A stretch of DNA of 64,000 bases from positions 1-64,000 of IMG/VR virus record IMGVR_UViG_3300028129_000010; one strand, given 5' to 3'. A model generated the notes under the pieces. That model was not told where the DNA came from. It did no database searches and was given only the letters and a program-made list of their open reading frames with translations. This document shows, piece after piece, positions 18,632 through 29,633 of this stretch. How positions within the stretch are numbered: the stretch's first letter is position 1; each line of letters starts with the position of its first letter. This DNA comes from a virus (taxonomy: Duplodnaviria; Caudoviricetes). Both the position numbers and the translations under genes were made by a program.

Positions 18632-21376
18632 TTATTCATAAAGAGATTTAACAAAGCTAGGTATTGTTTCACTATTACAATTAATCTTACCAGCTTTTCT
18701 ATATCTAAATAGTTTATAATAATAATTAGTTTCTTTAGTTTTTCTTTCACCAAATTCAAATAACCCTTTTTCATTTAATTTACAAGCATACCCATTTTTA
18801 TTTGTATATGGGTCTAAAATAACTTCTGGGTTTGTATTTGTTGGACAGAAACATGAATCAGCTTCATTAACAACTCTATTATTACCTTCTGGGTCTATGA
18901 ATTTTAAGTAATAAAAACCATTAAGTTCGTATTGGTCTTGTATTGTTGGTCCAGCTAACTCCCACTTACAAGAAAGTGTACAACCACAACCCCTTTTACT
19001 AATATCTTTTATAATACCTGGTGATTGGCAACAAATGTAACCTGTATTTACTTCGGTTAATGGCATTCTACGAGTAGTTATTTGAGTGTTATCGTTCCCT
19101 ATGAAATATGATGTTACATAATTTGTGTGTAGGTAAGAATACCCCTGAGCTTTCGCATCACAACATACTGGGTTTACAAATTCAGTATTAATATAAAATG
19201 GCGTACCTAAATTATAAAATGTTTGTTGCCAGTAAAAGTAATTTTCACCTCTTATGGTAATATATTTATTTTCTGGGTCTAAATTAACATTTTCACAATC
19301 AACAACCTCCGTAGTTTCTTGCTTAAGAAGTGTTACATCAATAAAAAGTGATTCATCATCTTCTGGGACATCACACCCACAATCAGTTAATTCAGGTTCT
19401 GGACATAAATCTTCATCTATATTAGTTTCTAATAAAACAACATCTGATAAATCAGCACCATCAAAGCTCTGAGCGTCAACATAAGTGTTGCCACTATATT
19501 GATTCATTAAACCACTATTGTAATTTGTAAATAAATTTGTTGTTCCAGTAGTAACTGTTGTTGATGTAAGTGTAAATGCCGAAAAATTAGGTATTATATT
19601 ATCTAACTGAGCGATATATTCCTTACCGCTATCATATGGACCAACATGAGGGTTATTACCTACTAATGTGTATTGAGTTGCAGCTGAACCAGCTGTTTCT
19701 CTATACCATCCACCACCTTTTTGGAAGTACATATCTGGTGTATCTCTAAAAAACTTAGGATAACCTTCACTATCAACATTATAATTTTCTAAATCAGTAT
19801 CTAAATCATTATATTCTAATACCTTATAGAATAAATCCATATCAATAGGTTCTTTAACCCTGTATATATACTCATTGAAGTTAATTAGACCATCTGGCGT
19901 ACCAATTAATTTAAAAAAGAACTCAATAGGGTTTCTAGTACCCTTAGTTTTCCATATATGAGCTGAATTTAATACAAGTCTTCTCCATAATTCAACTTCA
20001 GCCTCTTGTGGTGTATATCCCCTACTATAACCTGGATATGTTGCTGTACCAACCTTCAAGTAGTTAGTTATTAAATCATTACCAACTAAAGAAGATGTTA
20101 ATTCCCAACCAAGTATTCTAGCTAAATACTTAACCAGTTGGTCTGGCATATTATTTTTCTTATCGTATGTTACAATATTAGCGAATTTAATACCATCAAT
20201 GTATTTTTTAATTTCATCAAACTCTCTACCATATATTCTTAGAGTTTTATTTACTTTTTCACCTTCGCTATCGATAGTACCACCATCACATGTTGGTGCT
20301 GTATCGAAGTCAGTTATAGAATCAGACGTTAAGAATCTAATTATTAAATCTGAACATGTAGAATCCTTAGCGTTTGTTACCTCTAATAAATCTGAAACAT
20401 AATTTATGTACTCAGTAGTGTTAAAATCAATATTATAACCATCTGTTACTGGCCAAGTAAGTTTCTTACTAGTACTAATTATATCACCACCATCCGTTTC
20501 AATTTTGTATTTATACGTTGAACTGTATTTTGGTGATGTAAACCTGTTTAATAGGTTGTTCTCAAACTCACTTAATGAATTAAAATATTTTTCCTCTGTT
20601 AATTCATTTGGTTTTATATGATATTCTATTTGTCCACTAGTAGAACCACTAAATGGGTCACCTATAACTCTAAAATGGATAAAGTCATCTGTATTACTAG
20701 TTGAACCTGTAAACTCTATAACGCTATACTCTTTATCATTAGTTAAAACAGAGTAACTATCATAACTAACCGATAAATTTCTTAACATATTATCTTGGTT
20801 AAATGTGTTAAGGGTTGTACCGTTTTGCTTATAATTTATATTAAAATTATTAATTATAAAATTAACATCAACTCTAAATGTAGAAGTGTCTGTTATAACA
20901 TCATAAGAATAATTGTCAAAAGTATTACCAACTACCGTTTGAAAACCACTATCTCTTAATGGGTTTAAATATAATGATGCTGGCCAATTAGTTATTATAT
21001 TCTCTAAACTAACCCTTATGTATTCAGTTGCTGAACCAAAATAAGCAAAACTACATAATTCAGAACCGTCTAGGTTAAGAGTAGTTTTAATGTTATTATT
21101 TAATAATGTATTTGATGAATCGCTAGTTAGGTCTAAGGTTTGTAATGTATAAAATTTAGTAAATTTCTTCATACTAAATAATCTACTTATTCTACCTTCA
21201 GTATTTACTGTAGTTACAAAATTACCAAACGTAAATGTTGAGTCAGTTCCGTCAGCATCACTTGTTAACTGATTACCAACTAAATCATCACTAAAGTTTC
21301 TATACTCAATTCCGTTATCGTAAAAAACTCTTTGAGCGTAACCAACTACTTTTATTCTATCATTATTATTAGGCAT
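18632..21376 (-). CDS. Baseplate wedge protein (T4 gp7/P2 gpI-like domain)
   Basis: LVKYLARILGW...LWRRLVLNSAHIWKTKGTRNPIEFFFKLIG resembles the gpI/gp7 KGT motif. Confidence 0.65.
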   Translation of the reverse strand: MPNNNDRIKVVGYAQRVFYDNGIEYRNFSDDLVGNQLTSDADGTDSTFTFGNFVTTVNTEGRISRLFSMKKFTKFYTLQTLDLTSDSSNTLLNNNIKTTLNLDGSELCSFAYFGSATEYIRVSLENIITNWPASLYLNPLRDSGFQTVVGNTFDNYSYDVITDTSTFRVDVNFIINNFNINYKQNGTTLNTFNQDNMLRNLSVSYDSYSVLTNDKEYSVIEFTGSTSNTDDFIHFRVIGDPFSGSTSGQIEYHIKPNELTEEKYFNSLSEFENNLLNRFTSPKYSSTYKYKIETDGGDIISTSKKLTWPVTDGYNIDFNTTEYINYVSDLLEVTNAKDSTCSDLIIRFLTSDSITDFDTAPTCDGGTIDSEGEKVNKTLRIYGREFDEIKKYIDGIKFANIVTYDKKNNMPDQLVKYLARILGWELTSSLVGNDLITNYLKVGTATYPGYSRGYTPQEAEVELWRRLVLNSAHIWKTKGTRNPIEFFFKLIGTPDGLINFNEYIYRVKEPIDMDLFYKVLEYNDLDTDLENYNVDSEGYPKFFRDTPDMYFQKGGGWYRETAGSAATQYTLVGNNPHVGPYDSGKEYIAQLDNIIPNFSAFTLTSTTVTTGTTNLFTNYNSGLMNQYSGNTYVDAQSFDGADLSDVVLLETNIDEDLCPEPELTDCGCDVPEDDESLFIDVTLLKQETTEVVDCENVNLDPENKYITIRGENYFYWQQTFYNLGTPFYINTEFVNPVCCDAKAQGYSYLHTNYVTSYFIGNDNTQITTRRMPLTEVNTGYICCQSPGIIKDISKRGCGCTLSCKWELAGPTIQDQYELNGFYYLKFIDPEGNNRVVNEADSCFCPTNTNPEVILDPYTNKNGYACKLNEKGLFEFGERKTKETNYYYKLFRYRKAGKINCNSETIPSFVKSLYE

Positions 21377-21380
21377 ACAA

Positions 21381-22295
21381 TTATACGTTTGCTATATCAT
21401 CAAATCCCTTAGTGAAATCAATGTTATTAAATCTATTTTCTTTAACCTCAAATAATGGTTTACCGTCAAACCTATCCTTAATTTCAAATAGGTTAAATTG
21501 TTTATAAATATCATTATTAAAGTTGTAGACAGTATAAATACCATCTTCAAGACTCTTAGTCTGATTACCAAATAATCCAATAGCTAATGACTCAACATCG
21601 TAATCAACCATTTCAACCTCTAAAACAAATGGTGTAAAAAATGTATTCGTTATTATTACATCCTGATTTGGTGTGCCAATGAATGGTAATACATTTGGTT
21701 TAACATTCGTAGGTGAAGACGGTGAAACTGTACAAAACACTAAATTAGACGAATCCTCAAACCTATATCTAATAGCTTTTTGACTTGTATCTGATAAGTT
21801 CTGATTAACAGGTTCTGATTTATTATTTGAAGTAATTATTCTAAAAGTATTTTTAATTTTTCTATCTTCAGTAGTTGTGTTTGTTGTAATATACTCAACC
21901 CTATAACCAATAAGATTATTGTTTTGGAATTTATCTAGGAATGGTGCTAAATTAATATCTGTTGTATCAAAAACAATACCCTTAACATCTGGAAATGCTG
22001 ATAGTACACCACAATCTGAAATTCTAGTTCTTATTTCAACAGGTTTAAATACTATAGTGTATATCCCTTTATCACCAAATTCAGTTACAGGTAATCTAAG
22101 TGTGTATAAACCACCAAATATCTCAAATGTATTTGAGAGGTTATTTGGGTTATTAATAGGTATTAAATTACCAGAATCTAGTTTAAAAACATTAGTATTT
22201 TGACTCTGCCTATTTGGTGCGTAAAACACAGTTATCTCCACGTCACTTGGTGACATGTCTGCGGGTCTAACTGTTCCGTAAATTCCTGTTGCCAT
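21381..22295 (-). CDS. Phage structural protein, function unknown
   Basis: 304-aa ORF in baseplate cluster; TATTTAT motif upstream. Confidence 0.6.
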   Translation of the reverse strand: MATGIYGTVRPADMSPSDVEITVFYAPNRQSQNTNVFKLDSGNLIPINNPNNLSNTFEIFGGLYTLRLPVTEFGDKGIYTIVFKPVEIRTRISDCGVLSAFPDVKGIVFDTTDINLAPFLDKFQNNNLIGYRVEYITTNTTTEDRKIKNTFRIITSNNKSEPVNQNLSDTSQKAIRYRFEDSSNLVFCTVSPSSPTNVKPNVLPFIGTPNQDVIITNTFFTPFVLEVEMVDYDVESLAIGLFGNQTKSLEDGIYTVYNFNNDIYKQFNLFEIKDRFDGKPLFEVKENRFNNIDFTKGFDDIANV

Positions 22296-22330
22296 CTTTT
22301 ATTAATTTTAACTCTTTTATATAAATATCA

Positions 22331-23116
22331 TTACTTTATTATTTTATAGTAACCATTACCATAATTTATTAAATCAGACATATTCTTAATCTCACCCATC
22401 TGTAGGTGACTTTGGAATGCCGAATTTATACCTCTATCTATATCAACATCACTATACACTGTAGGTGTTGTTGTTATACCAAAAAGATATTCTTGTTTCG
22501 TTATAGCTGAAAGTGTTGTGTTTGTATTATTAAAACCTTCACCTTTATAATACATCTCAGTTACTGGTATGTCTATATTACCATTAATACTATCTACTAT
22601 AGGTCTTGTTAACCCACTATATGTTTTATAAAATATACCTCTAGTTTGATTTGGGTTATTTGGGTTTATTGTATAACTATCATCACCACCAATAACATAT
22701 GTAATTGGCATCTGATTATCGTCACTAACCACTCTGTCTACAGCTGTATATGAATTACCTTGGTAGTCGTCAACAGTATTATTAGACATATTAAGACCTG
22801 GTTGATATACTTGTGTAAATGAATAAGATTTAACTAAATCTAATTTATCTCTGGTATACCCAGTTATAAATAAAGATGGTGTGAAATAATCTGATAGTGT
22901 TTTATTTACATATCTAACATCTGGAGTGTATGGGTCCATTATTGTTGTTGTATTAGTGTCTGCTGTAAATTCTACATTAGTACCAATACCCATATCATCC
23001 ATATCTTGTTTGAAAAATACATTAACATAGAATGTTGTTGCGGTCATTTGACCCCAAGTATTCTTTTTCCTACTAGTGTAGTTATCTAATGATATTTTTC
23101 TTTTTATTATCTCCAT
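22331..23116 (-). CDS. Hypothetical structural protein
   Basis: 261-aa ORF, translationally coupled to upstream gene. Confidence 0.55.
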   Translation of the reverse strand: MEIIKRKISLDNYTSRKKNTWGQMTATTFYVNVFFKQDMDDMGIGTNVEFTADTNTTTIMDPYTPDVRYVNKTLSDYFTPSLFITGYTRDKLDLVKSYSFTQVYQPGLNMSNNTVDDYQGNSYTAVDRVVSDDNQMPITYVIGGDDSYTINPNNPNQTRGIFYKTYSGLTRPIVDSINGNIDIPVTEMYYKGEGFNNTNTTLSAITKQEYLFGITTTPTVYSDVDIDRGINSAFQSHLQMGEIKNMSDLINYGNGYYKIIK

Positions 23117-23934
23117 TATTGAACCTTTATCCTATATAATTGTACTTGTACCTCCCTTTGGTTATTTGAATTAACATTACTACTATAACCTTTATCTATG
23201 TAATATCTATACCCATCAACCTCTCTAGTTAATATATATTTTGTGTATAACCTATTGATAGGACCTGGTTCTATCAATTCGTTTATTGGTAATTCAACGT
23301 CTGTACTCATTAAATTATGTGCCTCACCAGTCTTAGCGTTTAAAAAACTTGCTCTCATATATATCTCTTTACCAACAGTTGGTAATACTTCGTCTTTAAA
23401 ATAATATAAAAAGAAGCCTTCACCGTTCTTATCTCTATTTTTAAGTGAATCACCAAGTTTAAACTCTAAGTTTATATTGTTAGGGTCTTGTTCTGTTTCA
23501 CCAATAAGTACCTTAGGGAATAGTGTTATAAAAAATAATAAATTTTGTTTTGTATTAGAATCACTATCATAAAAATCTAACCTTAAAAATGTTTTAGTAA
23601 ATGAATTTTTAAGGTTTTGTATATCTTCTAATACAAACTCAGCATTACCCCATGTAGTTGTTGCATAATAATCTTTGTTATCATCATATAAGTTAACCAC
23701 ATATGTTACATCATCAATTAGATTTTTGTCAATATTAATTGGTAAGAACTTTACTTTTTCATAATCAATTATTTCATTTATTGATTTCTTAACTTCAACA
23801 TCAACAAATTCATTTTCAATAATCTCTGTTTGACCAGCTAAACCAGGGACTTGACTAGTAGGTAAGTTTATGTTGATACTACTATCATCATTTAATGGTC
23901 TAATTATTTTATACTTATTAACAAACATCTTCAC
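23116..23934 (-). CDS. Hypothetical structural protein
   Basis: 272-aa ORF, overlaps neighbours. Confidence 0.55.
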   Translation of the reverse strand: MKMFVNKYKIIRPLNDDSSININLPTSQVPGLAGQTEIIENEFVDVEVKKSINEIIDYEKVKFLPINIDKNLIDDVTYVVNLYDDNKDYYATTTWGNAEFVLEDIQNLKNSFTKTFLRLDFYDSDSNTKQNLLFFITLFPKVLIGETEQDPNNINLEFKLGDSLKNRDKNGEGFFLYYFKDEVLPTVGKEIYMRASFLNAKTGEAHNLMSTDVELPINELIEPGPINRLYTKYILTREVDGYRYYIDKGYSSNVNSNNQREVQVQLYRIKVQ

Positions 23935-25645
23935 TATTTTTAGTTATAAACTTATCTGTTATTCTTTCACCTCTTGGGTCTGCTGGGTCATCTTTATCAG
24001 AATCACCCCCATAATACAACCCATATAAGTTAAATGGGTCTTGTCTTTTCATAACAAAACATATGTTATCATAAATATAATGAGAATTGTTTGTGAAAGG
24101 ATATTCTAATGTTTCACCATTAGCTAATGAAGCACCAATCGTTAATAAATCTCTCCAAATATACTTACCACCATTTAACTCTTCAGAATAATCTGGTATA
24201 TTACCAGTAGTAGCTGTATACCCTTGCTCTATGAAACTAGAATAAAGTCTTATAGGTATTTCATAATGTGGTTTATACATGTACCCTTCTCTTCTAGGTC
24301 CCTTTGCTAATGTATTACTTTGTGTACTACTATCTCTTTTACTAGTGTTAAATCTATGTAACACATCACTAAGAATATTCTCAACTAATTCAGTCTTATT
24401 ATATTCAACAACATCACCGTAAAACTCAGTATCTGCTGATAGGTCCCCCATCTTTACATCTGGGTTTAATGGTGTGTGTGTTGTAAATGGTGTGGAACTA
24501 CCATTATGTATTCTCCTTATATTAGATAACTTTATATCATTTAAGTTCCCAGATAGATATTCTAAGTCTAAACCAGATTTAATTTTTGACATAAAGTTAT
24601 CATCTCTAGTCTTAACAATCGTTAAATATAATTCACTTAATGGTCTACCTAAATTATCTTTAAGGTCAGATATATCAACTTCTTTATTAAATGTTACTTG
24701 ATAATTTTGGTCATTAAATATTGTGTTACTAAAAGCCAATGGGTCTATAGAATAATCTATATCAGTAAATTTTTTAAACTTTCTTAAATAATACTCAGAT
24801 TCATATCCATTCACATATCTAACCATTCTACCAGATATGGTGTTAGTGGTGATAACGGTTGGGTCTACATCTATTGCAAAATAATTTTCTTTATAATCAC
24901 CATTATCTAACCCAACCCTCTTAACAGTAAATTCACCGTTTAATTGGTTATCACTCATAGCGCTAATTCTAACTTTTTCACCAGTACTTAATCCATGTCT
25001 TGTTGCGGTACCTAACGCAACCATTGATTTACCACCAACTTCAACCTCTTCAATATTAACGATTAATAAACCGTCTTTAACTATATGGTGTTGGTCATCA
25101 ATGCTTGATGGATAAGTAATACATATATCCCAATTCTTTTTAGTATTTGAATTTAAATCAAACCTTTTTTTTGTTGGTTCGATATTAAAAAATTTTTTAA
25201 TACCTGGTTTAGTTATATCTGGGTCTATAAACCCAAACCAACCATCTCTTTCTATTAAATTTTCATTTACAGATTCAAGATAATTTAGTTTTTTATACTT
25301 TGAATCAAATTGTTCATTAGAATACGCATTTCTTTTAAAAGTGTCTTGGTCGAATATATCAAGTCCATTACCATTTTCACTACCCCCATTATCAGAATCC
25401 CAGTTTGTGGTACCCGCTGGGTTCATTAATACGTTACTAAAAAGTGGGTTAATAGTAAAAATAAAACGATATCTAGTACATAAATTTCTTTCAATATTAA
25501 GTTGTTCACCTACATTAAGAACATAGTTTATCTCACCTGGTGGTAATTCTTTGTCATTAGCAACAAAGTTTACATTTGTGAATGTATTTATATTCACATC
25601 ACTCTTAGATTTACTACTATTTAAATTAATCTTCTTCCTTTCCAT
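23918..25645 (-). CDS. Hypothetical structural protein
   Basis: 575-aa ORF, coupled start/stop with 25645..29631. Confidence 0.6.
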   Translation of the reverse strand: MERKKINLNSSKSKSDVNINTFTNVNFVANDKELPPGEINYVLNVGEQLNIERNLCTRYRFIFTINPLFSNVLMNPAGTTNWDSDNGGSENGNGLDIFDQDTFKRNAYSNEQFDSKYKKLNYLESVNENLIERDGWFGFIDPDITKPGIKKFFNIEPTKKRFDLNSNTKKNWDICITYPSSIDDQHHIVKDGLLIVNIEEVEVGGKSMVALGTATRHGLSTGEKVRISAMSDNQLNGEFTVKRVGLDNGDYKENYFAIDVDPTVITTNTISGRMVRYVNGYESEYYLRKFKKFTDIDYSIDPLAFSNTIFNDQNYQVTFNKEVDISDLKDNLGRPLSELYLTIVKTRDDNFMSKIKSGLDLEYLSGNLNDIKLSNIRRIHNGSSTPFTTHTPLNPDVKMGDLSADTEFYGDVVEYNKTELVENILSDVLHRFNTSKRDSSTQSNTLAKGPRREGYMYKPHYEIPIRLYSSFIEQGYTATTGNIPDYSEELNGGKYIWRDLLTIGASLANGETLEYPFTNNSHYIYDNICFVMKRQDPFNLYGLYYGGDSDKDDPADPRGERITDKFITKNSEDVC

Positions 25646-28600
25646 TATGGTAAATTAATATATTGCTCTTTATTACAGCCATTATCATCTGTAATATCTA
25701 TAACAGCAGCATTAACACCTTGTTTACTTAAAGATATTAGTTCTATAAAAGTATGTGAACCAGCACTAATATCATTTAATTCATCTATTGGTGCATCAGA
25801 AGGGTTAGTTATATAATCATAGTCATATAAATCAACATAATATGGTGGTGTACCACCATTAATTGTGAATGAAACTTCATATCCAGTACTTCCAGAGATA
25901 ACTGAGGGTGTTATAGTAATAGCTGGTGGTTCGGTTATTGTAAACCCTTCTGTAACTGATTGGTTTAACGAGTCAGTATATGTAACTTCGTAATCACCAG
26001 CATATAAATTAAATATTTGAGTATCACCTGTTAGTATGATACTTCCATTTGAGTCTTTCCATTCAATTGTTGAGTCTCCAGTACCACTACCATCTTGTGG
26101 ATAAAGCGTTGCTGAACCTGTTTGGTTAAAACACGTTGGTGATTCACCTGAAACAGTTATACTAGGTAAGTCTGGTTCAGAAAATGATACTAATTCTTCA
26201 CATTGTGTTTGTATTATACCATTATCTTTAACAACAACTTTATAATCACCAACACCTATATTAGAAAAAGTTGTACCCATTGCTACTGTTGTTGTGTTAT
26301 TAATAAGGTTATTTGTGTCGTTATCATATAATTCATATGTGTACCCTGGCACACCACCTTCAACATCAATTATTATTTTACCATCATCTTCACCGTTTTT
26401 TGTTATAGGTTCAATTGTTACGTTACATTGAACACCAGTAGGTCCGCTTACTTGAAATGAACATTCTATTACATTACCGACATTATCAGTAGTTTTAAGG
26501 TTATATGTTCCAGAATACAATTCAGTTATTGTTGTAATTCTACCGTTATTATTTATATTATTACTAAGTGGGTATTGTTGACCACCAAATGTTGGTCCAT
26601 TCCATTCATAAGTTAATGGTTCAACACCACCAATAATTTCAACCTCAAGTGCACCTGTTGGATTATTACCATCATCATCTGCTATTGAGTATTCTAGTTG
26701 GCATTGGAAGTTATCATCAACTTCCTTAATACAAGGTGTCAAAAATTCTTTATTTAACTTAGTTAGTGCAGTATTATTAGACCTTAAACCAAAATAAAAA
26801 TAATATGAGTTTTCGTATTGCCAAATAGAGTCACTATCGTCTGGGAAAACTCTAAAACTTCGATAGTTTTCATCATTGTAGTCGCTACTACTGCTACCAT
26901 CAGCGGCTAGACTACCACTATCAATATAAACTAGAGGTACACTTGTACTCCCAGTTGAATTTAAATAAGAAAAAAGACCTCTAACAAATGGGTTTTCAAC
27001 ATCTTGATTATTTATTTTACCGTTTATTGGTCCTTTACCTTCATCTTCTCTATTTTCATCAAGACCCATACCTAATTCACATAATCTTTTCACATTATTA
27101 CAATTTCTATAGTCACCCTTTAGGTAAATTCCTATTGGAAATAGATACCCAAATTTAAATAATAATGTTTCACTATCACTAATACCAGAAGTTTCTATTG
27201 TAAAATCTACTTTTTCATCAAGTAATGGTGGTATATTAAATGTCGTGTCAACTAAAAATCTAGACATCTGTGGTTTACCTTCCCAGTCATATTTATTTAT
27301 GGAACCTAAATTAATAATATCTGTAGCAAACAACTTATATTTACTGTGCTTTGAGTGTGATGCATAATATAATTCACTATCAGGGGTTCTCTTTATATAC
27401 CCTTCTTTTATCTTTTCTGCTCCACCATCACCAAAACTACTTAATGAATCAATATTACTAAAATTAAATTGTTCGGGTGATTGTGGGCAACTATCAATAA
27501 TAAAATTATTTTTACATTTATTATCTATTTCACTATCATCATTGTAGTCGCCTAAATCTATATTACCACATTCTATGTCACAAAATTTTTCACCATTACT
27601 TTTATATTTATACTGTAATAAGAATAAATATAGAGAACCGTTAACCCAGTCATTATAAAAATCAAGTTTAAACATGTTTAAAGAATCTGCAAGACTAACA
27701 GCAGAACATCTTAAATATTCACCTACTATAATAGAACCATTTTCACCACAGGCTTTAGTACAATCAATCTTTTGACCAGCTTCATTATTTAGCTGGTAAC
27801 AGTAGATTTTATTTGGGTCATCCTCACTCCCTGGGTCTCCATTGGCGAGCGACCATATAAAATATTTTACATTACCACAGCTTAATTTAAAGTAAGGGAT
27901 TAAAGAATCAGCTTGATATTTTTTACAGGCTTTTTTATCACAATCACTACAATCCAAATTTGGATTATTACATAAATCACTTTTATCGATATCTGATAAA
28001 TCAGCATCTAAATCTTCATAATAAGCTTTAGCACAATCAATATCAGTTTGATTTTCATCTTTTTGATATAATTTATAACACCTACAAGCAGCTCTCTTTT
28101 TCTTATTAGTTGGCCACTGTATTAAACAACCTAATTTTTGTATTCCCCAAACTGCCTTAACTAATGGGGTTAATATAAGGTTTAATAAATATATTACCGA
28201 CCTATTTAGTATCCAAACAATAGTAGTTATAGTGCTTAGTATTGCCAATAAAAAAAACGCTAAAACATCTACATTAACATCAATTCTATTAAATGGGAAT
28301 GGACTGTTACTCCCTGGGTCATCGGTAACTTTAATACCAATAAAATTTCTATTATCAATCTGCTTATTTGGTTGAACTCTAGTTATTAGATTTTTAACAC
28401 TATATAGTTTATTCCAAGATAATTCTGTAAAACTTTCATCTTTGGTTGTACTATCAAAAGTATAATCAGCCTCTTGATGTGATTCTGGGTTGTTTGGTAT
28501 CAAGAATTTAGCTCTTCTCCTTAATTTACCTTCTGTTCCTGAAACATCCATACCGATTCTAAACCTAACTTTTGATTTGGTAGGTATACCAATCTTAGGG

Positions 28601-29631
28601 TTATTAGAAGGAACTAATTCTCCAGATTCAGACGTTACCTTATATTCTAAGTTCATTGGTATCTGATAACACCAAACACCATTTTCATCAATAACCCTAC
28701 CACCTTCAACATCATACCTTTCTATAGACCCTGTAGGTGTTTTCCTAATCATTTCAATTTTACCTGGACCAGTTGTTAATTCGTCCATTTTACCTAAATT
28801 TTTTCTAGGTCTACAATTCTTATTGACACTATTTTTTTCGCTGTCTGTAATAACAGAGCCCATAAATATAGCTACAGGGTTTATGTTTGTTAATAAATCA
28901 ACATCAAGCCTTGTTATACCAATTTCAAATTGTTCTTCATCACCCCAAAATGGTATTACATTAACAGAAACTGGTGATACTTTTTTTAATTGCACTGGTG
29001 TTACGGTTTCTTCTGTATTTTTAAATTGACTAGGTGATTTGAATAAGTTTTCATTTGACCCTTCACTAATTAAATTATACGGTTTTTGACTTAAGAAACC
29101 TATGTCAGATAAATCAGCTTCAACATGTAGGTTATACGAACCAACTGGAATACCAAAAATCATATAGTCACCAGAATCGTTTGTTGTAGTTGTAAACTTA
29201 TAATATTTACAATAAATCATTTCACTTTCTGGGTTATCTTGTATTTGTCTTTTTGATTCAAATCTACCTACCGTAGAATAACATTCGTCCTTACCTACAT
29301 TGTTTGATGGTAAAAGACTATAAGGTAAACCTTCATCATCCTTATCAGTCACAACTTCAAATGGGTATAAACCAAATATTTCTGGGTCTAGTTTATCTTC
29401 TTCATCTATCGGTATAAAAATAGATACTTTAGCGTTAGGTACTCCAACACCATTATTAACTATTACTCTACCAATAACAACACCATAGTCAGAACTAAAC
29501 CTTCTATAGGTTTCATCTTGGGATATTTTTAACGACAAAACCTCAATAAAGTCAAAGTCTTGATTTATTGAGATATTAATATTTTGATTTACACCTCCTG
29601 GTGTTGTTCTTAACCTGATATTATTAGACAT
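25645..29631 (-). CDS. Large multidomain protein: carboxypeptidase-regulatory-like beta domain, hydrophobic helix, Cys-rich region, C-terminal SprB-like repeats
   Basis: GRVIVNNGVGVPNAKV..TTTNDSGDY; VLAFFLLAILSTITTIVWIL; GGVEPLTYEW/GGVPGYTYEL/GGTPPYY, LYSGTY/LYAGDYEVT, ITDDNGC. Confidence 0.65.
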   Translation of the reverse strand: MSNNIRLRTTPGGVNQNINISINQDFDFIEVLSLKISQDETYRRFSSDYGVVIGRVIVNNGVGVPNAKVSIFIPIDEEDKLDPEIFGLYPFEVVTDKDDEGLPYSLLPSNNVGKDECYSTVGRFESKRQIQDNPESEMIYCKYYKFTTTTNDSGDYMIFGIPVGSYNLHVEADLSDIGFLSQKPYNLISEGSNENLFKSPSQFKNTEETVTPVQLKKVSPVSVNVIPFWGDEEQFEIGITRLDVDLLTNINPVAIFMGSVITDSEKNSVNKNCRPRKNLGKMDELTTGPGKIEMIRKTPTGSIERYDVEGGRVIDENGVWCYQIPMNLEYKVTSESGELVPSNNPKIGIPTKSKVRFRIGMDVSGTEGKLRRRAKFLIPNNPESHQEADYTFDSTTKDESFTELSWNKLYSVKNLITRVQPNKQIDNRNFIGIKVTDDPGSNSPFPFNRIDVNVDVLAFFLLAILSTITTIVWILNRSVIYLLNLILTPLVKAVWGIQKLGCLIQWPTNKKKRAACRCYKLYQKDENQTDIDCAKAYYEDLDADLSDIDKSDLCNNPNLDCSDCDKKACKKYQADSLIPYFKLSCGNVKYFIWSLANGDPGSEDDPNKIYCYQLNNEAGQKIDCTKACGENGSIIVGEYLRCSAVSLADSLNMFKLDFYNDWVNGSLYLFLLQYKYKSNGEKFCDIECGNIDLGDYNDDSEIDNKCKNNFIIDSCPQSPEQFNFSNIDSLSSFGDGGAEKIKEGYIKRTPDSELYYASHSKHSKYKLFATDIINLGSINKYDWEGKPQMSRFLVDTTFNIPPLLDEKVDFTIETSGISDSETLLFKFGYLFPIGIYLKGDYRNCNNVKRLCELGMGLDENREDEGKGPINGKINNQDVENPFVRGLFSYLNSTGSTSVPLVYIDSGSLAADGSSSSDYNDENYRSFRVFPDDSDSIWQYENSYYFYFGLRSNNTALTKLNKEFLTPCIKEVDDNFQCQLEYSIADDDGNNPTGALEVEIIGGVEPLTYEWNGPTFGGQQYPLSNNINNNGRITTITELYSGTYNLKTTDNVGNVIECSFQVSGPTGVQCNVTIEPITKNGEDDGKIIIDVEGGVPGYTYELYDNDTNNLINNTTTVAMGTTFSNIGVGDYKVVVKDNGIIQTQCEELVSFSEPDLPSITVSGESPTCFNQTGSATLYPQDGSGTGDSTIEWKDSNGSIILTGDTQIFNLYAGDYEVTYTDSLNQSVTEGFTITEPPAITITPSVISGSTGYEVSFTINGGTPPYYVDLYDYDYITNPSDAPIDELNDISAGSHTFIELISLSKQGVNAAVIDITDDNGCNKEQYINLP

Positions 29632-29633
29632 AT

